64,000 nucleotides of DNA, taken from the NCBI GenBank assembly GCA_028686985.1, contig JAQUBA010000001.1, positions 81,194-145,193 on the forward strand, in the 5' to 3' direction. The notes under the pieces are model-generated. The model worked only from the letters and a program-made list of their open reading frames with translations, made no database searches and was not told where the DNA came from. The DNA is from Candidatus Iainarchaeum sp. Lineage in GTDB: Archaea > Micrarchaeota > Micrarchaeia > Anstonellales > Bilamarchaeaceae. This document shows positions 54,442-63,313 of this stretch, in pieces (position 1 is the first letter of the stretch; every line of letters begins with the position of its first letter). A program made the position numbers and the translations under genes.

Positions 54442-54837
54442 ATGCAAGTGCGTAAAATGGAATCCCCAACACCATCCCAGCCGCCGAGAACATCGCAGAT
54501 GCGTTCCCTTTCCCCCCATCCTGCAAGAGACTCACGCGGGCCCTCCCCGCGCTCAACCAGTGAAATCCCCCTGCCCCTCGTGGATGGGATGAGGAGGCCT
54601 CCAATCCCGGAGTCAAGGCTGGATAGGGAAATGGCCGCCATAACCCTCGTCATTCTGAATCTTGGCCCAAAGCTGAATGCAGAGCAGATAACGCACCTGG
54701 AGGCTGCGGCCGAAGCCGCCCGGAATATCCGAATGCTCTCGGACATAAGCCCCAAGTCGGAGTTTTTCGCAAGGCTTGAAGGCGGTCCCGACCTGTTCAT
54801 GCTAGTTCTGGAAGAGTTCCGGAAGATTGCGCCCTGA
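54442..54837 (+). CDS. Hypothetical protein (131 aa; Pro/Ser/Arg-rich N-terminus, helical C-terminus)
   Basis: ATG is about 25 nt downstream of TTTTATAT (54412..54419). An overlapping antisense ORF (54348..54800) looks less protein-like. Confidence 0.4.
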   Translation: MQVRKMESPTPSQPPRTSQMRSLSPHPARDSRGPSPRSTSEIPLPLVDGMRRPPIPESRLDREMAAITLVILNLGPKLNAEQITHLEAAAEAARNIRMLSDISPKSEFFARLEGGPDLFMLVLEEFRKIAP

Positions 54838-54893
54838 CCGTTTTACTTCAGTGAAGTGCAATAATATTACTCATACCGAGTTGCCTAGAATAT

Positions 54894-55394
54894 ATGCAAG
54901 GCGAGAAAATGGTCGGAACGCAAGTGGCCAGAGTCCTTCTTCACAAAGTTCCAGCCCAAGTTCCCCAAAAAAGGAAAGAAAAGCCTAATATTGACCCGAT
55001 ACTGGAAGCATACGCCAGGAAAGGGGTCGTAATCACCAGCAGGGCGGACGAGCGCACATTGCAGCTCATCTGCGTCGGGCTGGTTGCGGATTCGCTGCGC
55101 AGGCTCCTCCCCTCTAAGGAGGGGGAAATAAGCAAGGCGGAGAAGGAGGCGTGCTCCGAAGCAAAGCGCAAGGACGGCGCCCCGGCGGTCGTATGGCCGA
55201 AGGGAGAATTTCTAGCGCATCTGCCGGGCAACCTTCCCCAGGTCGCCATGAGCAAATTCACGGACGCCGGCATCATGGATGCCTCAAAGCGGATATTCCT
55301 GCAATTGAAAGATGAGGCCGGGGCAAAGCAGGTACGGGCGGCCCCGCCTGCCCAGCACCCTGCCCAGGCGCAGGCATCCGCGGAAGCCGCCTGA
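54894..55394 (+). CDS. Hypothetical protein (166 aa)
   Basis: ATG is about 28 nt downstream of AATAATATTA. No recognised family. Confidence 0.45.
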   Translation: MQGEKMVGTQVARVLLHKVPAQVPQKRKEKPNIDPILEAYARKGVVITSRADERTLQLICVGLVADSLRRLLPSKEGEISKAEKEACSEAKRKDGAPAVVWPKGEFLAHLPGNLPQVAMSKFTDAGIMDASKRIFLQLKDEAGAKQVRAAPPAQHPAQAQASAEAA

Positions 55395-55445
55395 TTGGCG
55401 GAAACGAGCCCCCAAAAGCGTTTTATTCCCTCCAGCGCAAAATAG

Positions 55446-56399
55446 GTGCGTATGGAGTTCTCCTTTTCATCCAAATACCCCTTCACCTCCGAAGCAAAGC
55501 AGAAGGTGGAAGGTTCCTCCCTGGAGCTGAACGACGAGATAATGGAGAGGGCGGTGCAGAGGGTGGTGGCTGCCCTGCAAGGCAAGGTCTGGAAACCCGT
55601 CTATCTGCACCCCTCGGATGACCTGATTGATTTGGGTTCCTACGCCGCGGCGAGGATGATGCTCGCGCACCTGCGCAACCGCTTCCTCACAAACAAGTTC
55701 GCAGTGGCCGAGGCTAAGCGCGCCTACAAGCTAATGTGCGAGGATTCGGAAGAGAACCTGGGGAAGCTGGGCAGGGAGCTGGGCATAACCCCGCAGGAAT
55801 TTGAGGGGAAGCTGGCCCTTCCCGTCTATCAGTATGCATCCTTCTCCCCGCGCTCCGTGGATTACCGCCTCATATTCCGGAATGTGAAGGGCGGATTCGT
55901 GGAAGTGACGAGGCACGAGGTAATCCGGCTCATGGAAGAGGCGGTGAAGGGGAGGATGGAATCGTACAAGCCGCTCCAGAACCCGCCCCAGATAATCCGG
56001 GATTATTCCAAGAAGCTGATGGTTTTGGTGCCGAAGGAGGCCGTGCTGAAGATGAGCTTCAGGGAAGGGGACAACCCGCCGTGCATAGAGAAGCTGCTGG
56101 AGGGCGCGAAGGAACACCAGAACCTCAACCACCAGGCGCGGCTTGTGCTCGCGATTTACCTGCTCGCGAGGAACGTCCCGGTGGAGAAGGTGCAGGCGAT
56201 TTTCTCCAACCTCCCGGATTACGAGGAAAAAAAGACCAAATACCAGCTGGACCACATGATCAGGAGGGGATATTCCATGGCGTCGTGCGCAACGCTCCTC
56301 AGCTACGGGCTGTGCGTCGCTGACTGCAGGATAGGGACGCCGCTGAGGTGGAAGGGGAAGGTGGAACCTTGGAAGAAAGGGAACGGCAGTTCGTCCTGA
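55446..56399 (+). CDS. priL: DNA primase large subunit PriL
   Basis: PPCIEKLL...NHQARLVLAIYLLARNVPVEKV...YSMASCATLLSYGLCVADC (Fe-S cysteines). GTG 55446 or ATG 55452. Confidence 0.8.
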   Translation: MRMEFSFSSKYPFTSEAKQKVEGSSLELNDEIMERAVQRVVAALQGKVWKPVYLHPSDDLIDLGSYAAARMMLAHLRNRFLTNKFAVAEAKRAYKLMCEDSEENLGKLGRELGITPQEFEGKLALPVYQYASFSPRSVDYRLIFRNVKGGFVEVTRHEVIRLMEEAVKGRMESYKPLQNPPQIIRDYSKKLMVLVPKEAVLKMSFREGDNPPCIEKLLEGAKEHQNLNHQARLVLAIYLLARNVPVEKVQAIFSNLPDYEEKKTKYQLDHMIRRGYSMASCATLLSYGLCVADCRIGTPLRWKGKVEPWKKGNGSSS

Positions 56400-57451
56400 A
56401 GCGCTTCTCTGAGCATTACCGGAAGGCGGACATACGGGTGCCCAGCGTGGAGCAGAGGGAGTTCGGCATTGGCGGCTTTGACAGGAAGATAGAGGCGAGG
56501 CACATGGAGTTCGGGAGCGACGCCGCGCTCCAGAATTACCTCATAAGGGACACGCCCCTTTACATATCCCATTCCGTCGCATACTACAAATTCCCCAAGG
56601 CAACCCCTATGGAGAACAAGGGCTGGATGGGCGGGGACCTCATATTTGACCTGGACGTCCATGCGGGGCTCTTCCTTTCCAGGGAGGAGCAGGAGAAGGT
56701 TCGTGCCGACGCGCTCAAGCTGGCAGATGATTTTCTCGCCTCCGATTTTGGAATAAAGAAGCAGTACATGCGGATGGTTTTCTCCGGCAACCGCGGCTAC
56801 CATATCCACGTGCGCGACCCCGCATACAGGATGCTTGGGGGGGACGCGAGGAGGGAGATAAGCGACTACATCTCCGGGAAGGGGCTGAATTACAGGAGTT
56901 TCTTCCCCCTCAGCGAAAACAAATGGAGGCCCGAGGGGCCCAAGGAAAGTGACTGGGGGTACAGGGGAAAATTATGCAGGGCCGTGATAAAGGCAATCAA
57001 TGAGGATCCTTCCAGGATCCACCGCAGGCTGAAGAAGATGGAGGAGGCGGGCCTTCTGAAGCGCGGGATAAAAGATGGCAATTGGGGCAGCACCAGCATA
57101 AAGGACATCGTGGATAGGATAGAACCGGTGGCAAAGGACCTTCCGGTGCAGTGCATAGACGTGGACACGGGCGTCACGATAGACACGAAGCGCCTCATAA
57201 GGGTGCCCAACACGCTGCACGGCTCCACTGGGCTGGTTGCAAAGGAGCTAAGGTCCCTGGATGATTTTGAGCCGTACAGGGACGCAACCGCCTTCGGCGC
57301 GGAACCGGTGAAAATAGTGGCCTTGCAGGAAATCCCTTCGCAGGAGTTCCTCAACTCAACAATGGAAAAAATGGAAAAAGGGGAGGGCAGGGAAGCCCCG
57401 CTCTCCTATGCAATGTACCTTGTGCTGAAGGGGGCGGCTAGGCTTTCTTAG
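56348..57451 (+). CDS. priS: DNA primase catalytic subunit PriS
   Basis: GGDLIFDLDVH, FSGNRGYHIHV, DTGVTIDTKRLIRVPNTLHGSTGL. GTG 56348 or TTG 56369 (preceded by GGTGGA). Overlaps the priL 3' end by 31-52 nt in another frame. Confidence 0.85.
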   Translation: MEGEGGTLEERERQFVLKRFSEHYRKADIRVPSVEQREFGIGGFDRKIEARHMEFGSDAALQNYLIRDTPLYISHSVAYYKFPKATPMENKGWMGGDLIFDLDVHAGLFLSREEQEKVRADALKLADDFLASDFGIKKQYMRMVFSGNRGYHIHVRDPAYRMLGGDARREISDYISGKGLNYRSFFPLSENKWRPEGPKESDWGYRGKLCRAVIKAINEDPSRIHRRLKKMEEAGLLKRGIKDGNWGSTSIKDIVDRIEPVAKDLPVQCIDVDTGVTIDTKRLIRVPNTLHGSTGLVAKELRSLDDFEPYRDATAFGAEPVKIVALQEIPSQEFLNSTMEKMEKGEGREAPLSYAMYLVLKGAARLS

Positions 57452-57818
57452 CTATGCGCGGAGGCGCAATCGGGGGCGCGAGCCGCAGCATCTTCGCCGC
57501 AAGCACCCCTTCCGCGCTCGCGATGTAGTTCACGGAGTTTATGAGGGACAGCTTGTAGTCGGCAGGGAGGTCCTTCTTTTCCTTCCACATCTTGCGGGCC
57601 TCGTCCGCCACCTTCTTGTCCGCCCTGTCCAGGAGCTCGCCCTCAATCACTATCCTTCCCAGGCCTTCTTGGTAGTCGGCGGCGAATTCGTATTTGATTT
57701 CAACGTCATCGCCCTTTCCGCCGATGTCCTTGAGGTTTATCTCCACCCTTAGGCCCTTCCCCGGGCCGTCCTTTCCCCTTGTCGCTTCCACCCTGGTTAC
57801 TTTAGACCCAACTATCAT
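57438..57818 (-). CDS. Hypothetical 126-aa protein
   Basis: Coupled to the upstream gene by a 4-nt overlap. Beta-rich N-terminus and helical C-terminus. A weak SecB-like impression only. Confidence 0.45.
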   Translation of the reverse strand: MIVGSKVTRVEATRGKDGPGKGLRVEINLKDIGGKGDDVEIKYEFAADYQEGLGRIVIEGELLDRADKKVADEARKMWKEKKDLPADYKLSLINSVNYIASAEGVLAAKMLRLAPPIAPPRIAKKA

Positions 57819-59119
57819 TCTATCACCATCGTAACGTTAAGGCAGTTCAGGTAGTCCGGAGTCTGCCTCCAGGAGCACCGTCCCTCCACGCACCCGCAGC
57901 TCGTCTGCGCCAAGCACGCGTATTCGGGCCTGTATTCGCACGTGTCCACCACATCCGAATTCCCGGTGGGTACGCACAATTGCGAGGAGCATCCCGTCCT
58001 CATGCAGTCCGCGTCAGCGCTGCATTCCCCGGCCACGCTTATGTTAAGGTCGTCGCACTGCTGCCTCAGCGCCGCGTCCGTTATCCTTTCGCAATAGCTA
58101 GCGTCCTGCAGCAGGTTCGCGAACTCAAGGTAGCAGCCGTCCCTCAGGCCCGCGCTCACGTTGCCGCACACGGACGGGTCCTCTGCCCCTAGCCCCGCGT
58201 TTATGTAGCAGAAGTCTTGCTGGGTGCCCGAATCCACGCAAAGCCCAGGGTTCTTCCAGCTGACCGCCGCCTCGGCTATGCACCTGTCCGTGTTGTTGCC
58301 TGCGATGCACGTGAGGTACTCGCTTGCCAGCGAGGCGATCTCCTGGTAGAAGGAATAAAGCTCATCCGTTTCTACAAGCTGTGCCGGCTTCTGGATGTCA
58401 AGCCCCCTGCCCCACACGGATTCGGTGGCAGTTGATTCCATCCAGGCCTCCTGCCCAAGGTCAATCCAGTGCAGCTTCCTGTAGTATACGTCCCCCCCTG
58501 CCCCTATGCACGCCGTGAAATCGTACTGGCTGGAGCGCAGCAGGAGCGGGTCGTTCGCCGTGAGCCCTATTTCGTTCAGCTGGGCGACCGTGAGCCGGGA
58601 ATAATCCATCGTATAGTTTATCTCGGTGCACGGGTTTCCGCCGACCTCCTTTTCCGCCATTTCCGGGAAGAAGTCCATGCCGCCGTATTGGACCAGCTTG
58701 CCATAGTGGTCCTCCATCGCGGCTGCGCTTTCTTCGTTGTAAAGGAGCTGCTGGAGCGAGAGCGCATAGCCCGCGAATGGCGAGGTGCTGTTCACTTCCG
58801 CGCATTTCTCCTCTCCGAGGTATGTTATGCATACGACACTCTCGTTCGCGCCGAAGTAAGCCGCCCTCCCGGACACCGGGTCGCGCCTCATGGAGTAGGA
58901 TTCGTTCCCTTTCCGCGAGATGGTGACATCCGCGTGGTATCCGTTGCTGTGCATTTCAGTATAGGAATAGATGTAATCGCCCGCGTCCATCGGCCTCTCC
59001 ACGGAACTGAAGAACAGCTCCTGCACGGCTGCCGTGTCGTCTTCCCCCCCTTCATGGGGTGTGGTGCCGCCCAGGGCCGTAGCCGCGATATAGATGCCGA
59101 TTGCGACAAGCACGACCAC
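57815..59119 (-). CDS. Membrane-anchored extracellular protein with Cys-rich C-terminal half
   Basis: N-terminal hydrophobic anchor VVLVAIGIYIAATALGG. C-terminal repeated D-x-C-Y/I-x3-A motifs and a terminal module CSADADCMRTGCSSQLCVP...CEYRPEYACLAQTSCGCVEGRCSW. The start codon is uncertain (GTG). Confidence 0.6.
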   Translation of the reverse strand: MVVLVAIGIYIAATALGGTTPHEGGEDDTAAVQELFFSSVERPMDAGDYIYSYTEMHSNGYHADVTISRKGNESYSMRRDPVSGRAAYFGANESVVCITYLGEEKCAEVNSTSPFAGYALSLQQLLYNEESAAAMEDHYGKLVQYGGMDFFPEMAEKEVGGNPCTEINYTMDYSRLTVAQLNEIGLTANDPLLLRSSQYDFTACIGAGGDVYYRKLHWIDLGQEAWMESTATESVWGRGLDIQKPAQLVETDELYSFYQEIASLASEYLTCIAGNNTDRCIAEAAVSWKNPGLCVDSGTQQDFCYINAGLGAEDPSVCGNVSAGLRDGCYLEFANLLQDASYCERITDAALRQQCDDLNISVAGECSADADCMRTGCSSQLCVPTGNSDVVDTCEYRPEYACLAQTSCGCVEGRCSWRQTPDYLNCLNVTMVIE

Positions 59120-59162
59120 TATTATGGATATAGCAGGGTATAGAACATTTTTGTCCAGAAAA

Positions 59163-60317
59163 TCACCTTCCAGAAAGTATCTTTATGATATCAGAGTCTT
59201 TTAATACATATTCCTTTCCTACGCGCCTTCCCGTGCGGGCGTCAATGGCGCCTATGAACCTCTTCGCGAGGTCCGTGTGCACCTTTTCCGCCAAATCTAT
59301 CGCGGTGCCCCCCTCCTCCATAAGATGGACGTTCGGGAGGAGGTTCCCCTTCCTGTCCTCCCATTTGCCCTCGTCCTCCACGGGGTAGGCGGCGATCATC
59401 CGCAGGCCCCCGAACACCAGCTCCTCCAGCGCCTTCTGCACCCCGGTCCCCCCGTGGGAGGAAAGGTAGTCCTTTATCTTGCGCAGGGCGTCCTCCTGCT
59501 CCCTGCTTGCCTTCAGGATTTTGAAGTCCGAATCACCGGGCCAGTACTCTATGCTCCCCGCCTTAGCCGCCTTGCGGAGGACCAGCTCATACAGGGCAGA
59601 GCACGGAATCACCTTTTTCCCGTGCAGTTCCCTCTGCAGCGCCTTCAGGTCCGCGCCCGAATCCACCTTGTTCGCGGCGACAACCATGGGCTTATTCTCA
59701 AGTATCCTTTTCGCAAAGGAGAGCCGCTCCGCCTCGCACCATTCAATCCGCTCCAGCGGAAGCCCCAACTCATTTGCTATTTTTTCGGCTTGGGGCAGCG
59801 TTACCTTCAGCCCGGTGAGCACGTCCGCGAGCTCGGCAATCCCCCTCCCCTTGACCTTTTTCCAGTTCTTCTCTATTATGGAGTATATCCACTGCTCAAG
59901 CTCCATCTGGAGGAAGCGCACTTCGTCGGCGGGGTCCGCGCCCTGCGCCGGATTCCCTTCCAGGTCGCTCCTTCCCGTCCCGTCCACCACCTGTATGAAG
60001 CCGTCCGCGGTGCGCAAATCGTCCAAAAACTGCAACCCAAGCCCCCTCCCCTTGTGCGCATCGGGCACAAGCCCGGCGACGTCCAATAGTTTGACGGGCA
60101 CGTACCGCGTCCCGTTCTCGCATACGGAGTCCTGGGGTGAGCATTTCCCCCCCTTCTCCGGGTGCGGGCATTTCTTCCGCACGTACCCAACCCCGGTATT
60201 AGGCTCCAAAGTAGTGAAGGGATAAGGGGCAATCTTCGCATCAACCATCGTGAGGGATGAAAAGAATGTGCTTTTGCCTGCGTTGGGCTTCCCGACTATT
60301 CCTACAAGAAGGGACAT
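59163..60317 (-). CDS. Obg-like GTPase/ATPase (YchF/archaeal GTP1 family) with TGS domain
   Basis: MSLLVGIVGKPNAGKSTFF (G1), LLDVAGLV (G3), ANKVD (G4). Internal ATG chosen. Confidence 0.8.
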   Translation of the reverse strand: MSLLVGIVGKPNAGKSTFFSSLTMVDAKIAPYPFTTLEPNTGVGYVRKKCPHPEKGGKCSPQDSVCENGTRYVPVKLLDVAGLVPDAHKGRGLGLQFLDDLRTADGFIQVVDGTGRSDLEGNPAQGADPADEVRFLQMELEQWIYSIIEKNWKKVKGRGIAELADVLTGLKVTLPQAEKIANELGLPLERIEWCEAERLSFAKRILENKPMVVAANKVDSGADLKALQRELHGKKVIPCSALYELVLRKAAKAGSIEYWPGDSDFKILKASREQEDALRKIKDYLSSHGGTGVQKALEELVFGGLRMIAAYPVEDEGKWEDRKGNLLPNVHLMEEGGTAIDLAEKVHTDLAKRFIGAIDARTGRRVGKEYVLKDSDIIKILSGR

Positions 60318-60342
60318 GGGAAGAGCTTGTAGAAGAAAAGTT

Positions 60343-61281
60343 TTAACTCCATAAGATGGGCGCATCCCCTTCAACCCGCTCATTCAACCCGGCTATGTCG
60401 TCCATCACAAGCTGCAGGCCGCGAGGGTCATCCTTTGCGTCCCCTATCCGTTCCAATGCACTCTCGTCAGTGAAGAGCCGTATGAGCGCCCTGCCGCCCC
60501 TCCAGTTCGGCTGGCTGCCCGCCTCGGCATCCCCTCCACGGTCCATCAGCACCGCGGCGAAATAGTCGGCGAAGTAACGCAGGGAGTTTATGCATTTCCC
60601 ATAGAGGCTCAGGCACGCCCCTACGTAATCGTCAAGGAGCGCGTTCCTGGCGATGCCATGGGGCGCGCATATCCCCACGTCCTCAAACACGAGCCCTGAA
60701 ATGGCAAGCACCCCCCGGAAAAGGGAGCGCCCCTCGTAATCAAAGTCCGTGCCCATGCCCATTACTGCGGCCGCATCTATGATGTCGTCCCGCACCTGGA
60801 TCAGCGAAGAGCCGATGACCAGTTCCTGGTACCCGACCCCGTCCTCCGCGCATGCCTTGAGGAATTCAATGGATGCGCGCATCCTGCCATTATTCCTCGC
60901 ATCGCTCCCCTTCCCCATTATCCTCTTGGAAGCATCTATGGCCGCGAAGAAGGGCGCCTCGTCCCTGGTCTTCAGGAGTATGTCTATAAGGGAGGTTGCC
61001 ACGGCAATCGGGTCCATCTTCATGTGTGCCCGGATAATCCTCCGCACCGCCGCTTCCCCTTCCGCCTCCGCGTCCATGACCTGGAAGAGGAACATCCCCA
61101 CCCCATCCTCCAGCGCGCCCTTGTTTGCGAAGGTCAGGACCGCAAAGCCGGGCGTGAATGCCCTCCTTCGGGCCAGCTCCAGCAGTGGCGCGTCATTCGG
61201 GAACATGTGCCTGCAAGTTGATACGAACGCCCTCTTCATCTCAAGCGGGTGGAGGTGGGTTGCGCCATGTTTAGTGGTCAT
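60343..61281 (-). CDS. Hypothetical 312-aa protein
   Basis: Long ORF with host codon usage and no family recognised. Confidence 0.5.
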   Translation of the reverse strand: MTTKHGATHLHPLEMKRAFVSTCRHMFPNDAPLLELARRRAFTPGFAVLTFANKGALEDGVGMFLFQVMDAEAEGEAAVRRIIRAHMKMDPIAVATSLIDILLKTRDEAPFFAAIDASKRIMGKGSDARNNGRMRASIEFLKACAEDGVGYQELVIGSSLIQVRDDIIDAAAVMGMGTDFDYEGRSLFRGVLAISGLVFEDVGICAPHGIARNALLDDYVGACLSLYGKCINSLRYFADYFAAVLMDRGGDAEAGSQPNWRGGRALIRLFTDESALERIGDAKDDPRGLQLVMDDIAGLNERVEGDAPILWS

Positions 61282-61301
61282 AATAGATTATTAATGTATG
61301 A

Positions 61302-61317
61302 GTATATATTAAAAACC
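61302..61317. promoter_or_regulatory. AT-rich TATA region GTATATATTAAAAACC serving the 5S rRNA (+) and probably the divergent CDS (-)
   Basis: Centred about 25-30 nt from the 5S 5' end (61339) and from ATG 61281. Confidence 0.45.
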
Positions 61318-61338
61318 CTTCCCGACTATCAATATTTT

Positions 61339-61453
<115 letters not shown>

Positions 61454-61461
61454 CTATACTT

Positions 61462-61468
61462 ATTTTCC
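61462..61468 (+). terminator. Oligo-T tract after the 5S rRNA
   Basis: TTATTTT lies directly 3' of helix I. Confidence 0.4.
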
Positions 61469-61475
61469 CCCAGTC

Positions 61476-62333
61476 CTATTTTTCTTTCCTCACCAGCTTC
61501 CAGAAGCGGTATGCGATCGGCAGGCCCGCAGTATAGGTTCCTGCGAGGAATGCGACCAAGAACGCGCCCCCGAACAGCGCGAGCAACGCAAGCACGAACG
61601 TGGCCTGCCCCATGCCCGCAATGCCGGACACCATGACCCCCAGCATGAACGGCACCCCGCACAGCACGGCGAAAACCACGCCCAGCACAAGCCCTACGAC
61701 CAGCGAATATATGCAATATGCCAGGTAGAACACGATTGTCTCAATCAGGTTCGCCTTCACCAGCGAGAAGGACTTCCCCACGCATTGCAGCACGCCGGCG
61801 CCCTTCAGCACCAGCTCAAACATCGCGAATACTATGAACAGCCCTATTATGACGGATACGGCGGTCTCGTATATGTTCAGCGCAAATGTGAGCGTGAAGT
61901 TCTGGGAGATGTTCGCGCCTGAGAGCATGAGCGCCAGCCTCGGGCCGTACCCTATCCCGTAAATGAGCACCATGACTATGATTGTATAAACCGCGACAGG
62001 GAGGACGTTCTTTTTGAAATTTCCGAGCAGATTGTGCCTCGCCTTCCCTTCCACTTCTTCAACCACGTTGTAGGCAACGCTGGCCATCCCGGCATAAACC
62101 ATGAGGGCGACGAAAATGCCCAGCGCAAAACCCGCCCACACCCCGGCGGCCGAGCCGAGTATGGCGCCGCCAGCCAGGGCGGCAAGCAGCCCCACCAACA
62201 TGCCAGCCACGGCGGTCAACACAAGCCCGGCCACTATGATTTTCACGTTCTGCACGAAGAGCTCCTTCCAGTTGCCCCTCGCCATTCCGAAGCCCTCGCC
62301 GAATGCCTTGGAGACCAGGTTTAGGTTTGCCAT
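61476..62333 (-). CDS. Hypothetical polytopic membrane protein (285 aa)
   Basis: Internal ATG (MANLNLVSKAFGEG...). Six or more long hydrophobic segments. The upstream part of the track ORF is antisense to the dtdA gene. Confidence 0.6.
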   Translation of the reverse strand: MANLNLVSKAFGEGFGMARGNWKELFVQNVKIIVAGLVLTAVAGMLVGLLAALAGGAILGSAAGVWAGFALGIFVALMVYAGMASVAYNVVEEVEGKARHNLLGNFKKNVLPVAVYTIIVMVLIYGIGYGPRLALMLSGANISQNFTLTFALNIYETAVSVIIGLFIVFAMFELVLKGAGVLQCVGKSFSLVKANLIETIVFYLAYCIYSLVVGLVLGVVFAVLCGVPFMLGVMVSGIAGMGQATFVLALLALFGGAFLVAFLAGTYTAGLPIAYRFWKLVRKEK

Positions 62334-62385
62334 GCGCCCGTTTCCACAGGCACTTATTAAATCCTTTCCCAGCCATCCTTCATGC

Positions 62386-63150
62386 ATGCAGATTCTCTTT
62401 TCCAGCAAAAACCAGGCTAGCGGCAACATCGCGCAGCGCCTCATGGAGATGGGATTTTCGGAAAAGGGGGATGGATGGGAATGGAAAGGCCACCGCATGC
62501 TGGATACGAAAGTGGAACTAATCCTGGATGTGCCCACGGATTTCCAGGCGGACTGGCTGCTGGTGCTCTCCACGCACAGGAGCGAGAGGAAGTTCCCCGC
62601 ATTGACCGTGCATGTCCCGGGGAATTGGGGCAAGGCGGAGATGGGCGGCTCCCCCCGCACCCTCAACACCGCGTACGCGAGCAGGATGAAGGATTTGCTC
62701 CGGGCATTGGCTGAGAAGAACACATTGGGATGGAACGTGAACCAGGAGGTGGACCACCACGGCCCCACCTGCAAGCTGCCCATAATATTCATAGAGATAG
62801 GGAGCTCGGAGGAGGAATGGGGAAACAGGAAGGCGGCGGAAATTGTCGCCGAAGCCATAATGGACTCCATAGATGGGAAGAGATTATACAACTCATTCGT
62901 TGGGGCCGGAGGCGGGCACTATGCGCCCTTCTTCACCAGGCTCATGCTGGAGAGCGAGGATGCGTTCGGGCATATTTTGCCGAAGTATCAAGCGGCAAAT
63001 CTGGGCGCCGATACTCTGAGGCAAGCAATGGAAAAGAACGTGGAGAAAGTGGATACGCTGGTTTATGAGCGCAAATCCTTCAAGGCGCCAGATAGGGACA
63101 AATTGTTTGCAATAGCTAAAGAGACAGGGCTGGAAGTTGAGATAAAATAA
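62386..63150 (+). CDS. dtdA: D-aminoacyl-tRNA deacylase, archaeal type (DTD2)
   Basis: Internal ATG (MQILFSSKNQASGNIAQRL...). LSTHRSE...ALTVHVPGNWG, EVDHHGP, IEIGSSEEEW. Confidence 0.75.
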   Translation: MQILFSSKNQASGNIAQRLMEMGFSEKGDGWEWKGHRMLDTKVELILDVPTDFQADWLLVLSTHRSERKFPALTVHVPGNWGKAEMGGSPRTLNTAYASRMKDLLRALAEKNTLGWNVNQEVDHHGPTCKLPIIFIEIGSSEEEWGNRKAAEIVAEAIMDSIDGKRLYNSFVGAGGGHYAPFFTRLMLESEDAFGHILPKYQAANLGADTLRQAMEKNVEKVDTLVYERKSFKAPDRDKLFAIAKETGLEVEIK

Positions 63151-63198
63151 GATGGTTCCAGCCCCAGGAAACCGGGAACTGGAAACCGAAAACTGAAA

Positions 63199-63304
63199 TA
63201 GCCCCGACCGGATTCGAACCGGTGTCAAAAGGTCCAGAGCCTTCTTTAAGGACCCGGGTGGCTCACGCCGCCAGGGTTATCCTTGACCGCTAGACGACGG
63301 GGCT
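63199..63304 (-). tRNA. tRNA-Gln (anticodon CUG) with a 33-nt intron at a non-canonical site (D-arm/anticodon-stem junction)
   Basis: Reverse complement AGCCCCGTCGTCTAGCGGTCAAGGAT[AACCCTGGCGGCGTGAGCCACCCGGGTCCTTAA]AGAAGGCTCTGGACCTTTTGACACCGGTTCGAATCCGGTCGGGGCT+A. Features: A1:U72; anticodon arm GAAGG-CTCTGGA-CCTTT; intron 63246..63278 flanked by a BHB motif (see findings). Confidence 0.8.
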
Positions 63305-63313
63305 ATTGGATAT

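Noticed and set aside
56348-56399. Programmed frameshift producing a PriL-PriS fusion protein.
   Set aside because: I saw no obvious slippery heptamer or downstream structure in the overlap. A GGTGGA Shine-Dalgarno-like element precedes the TTG at 56369, which fits ordinary translational coupling better.
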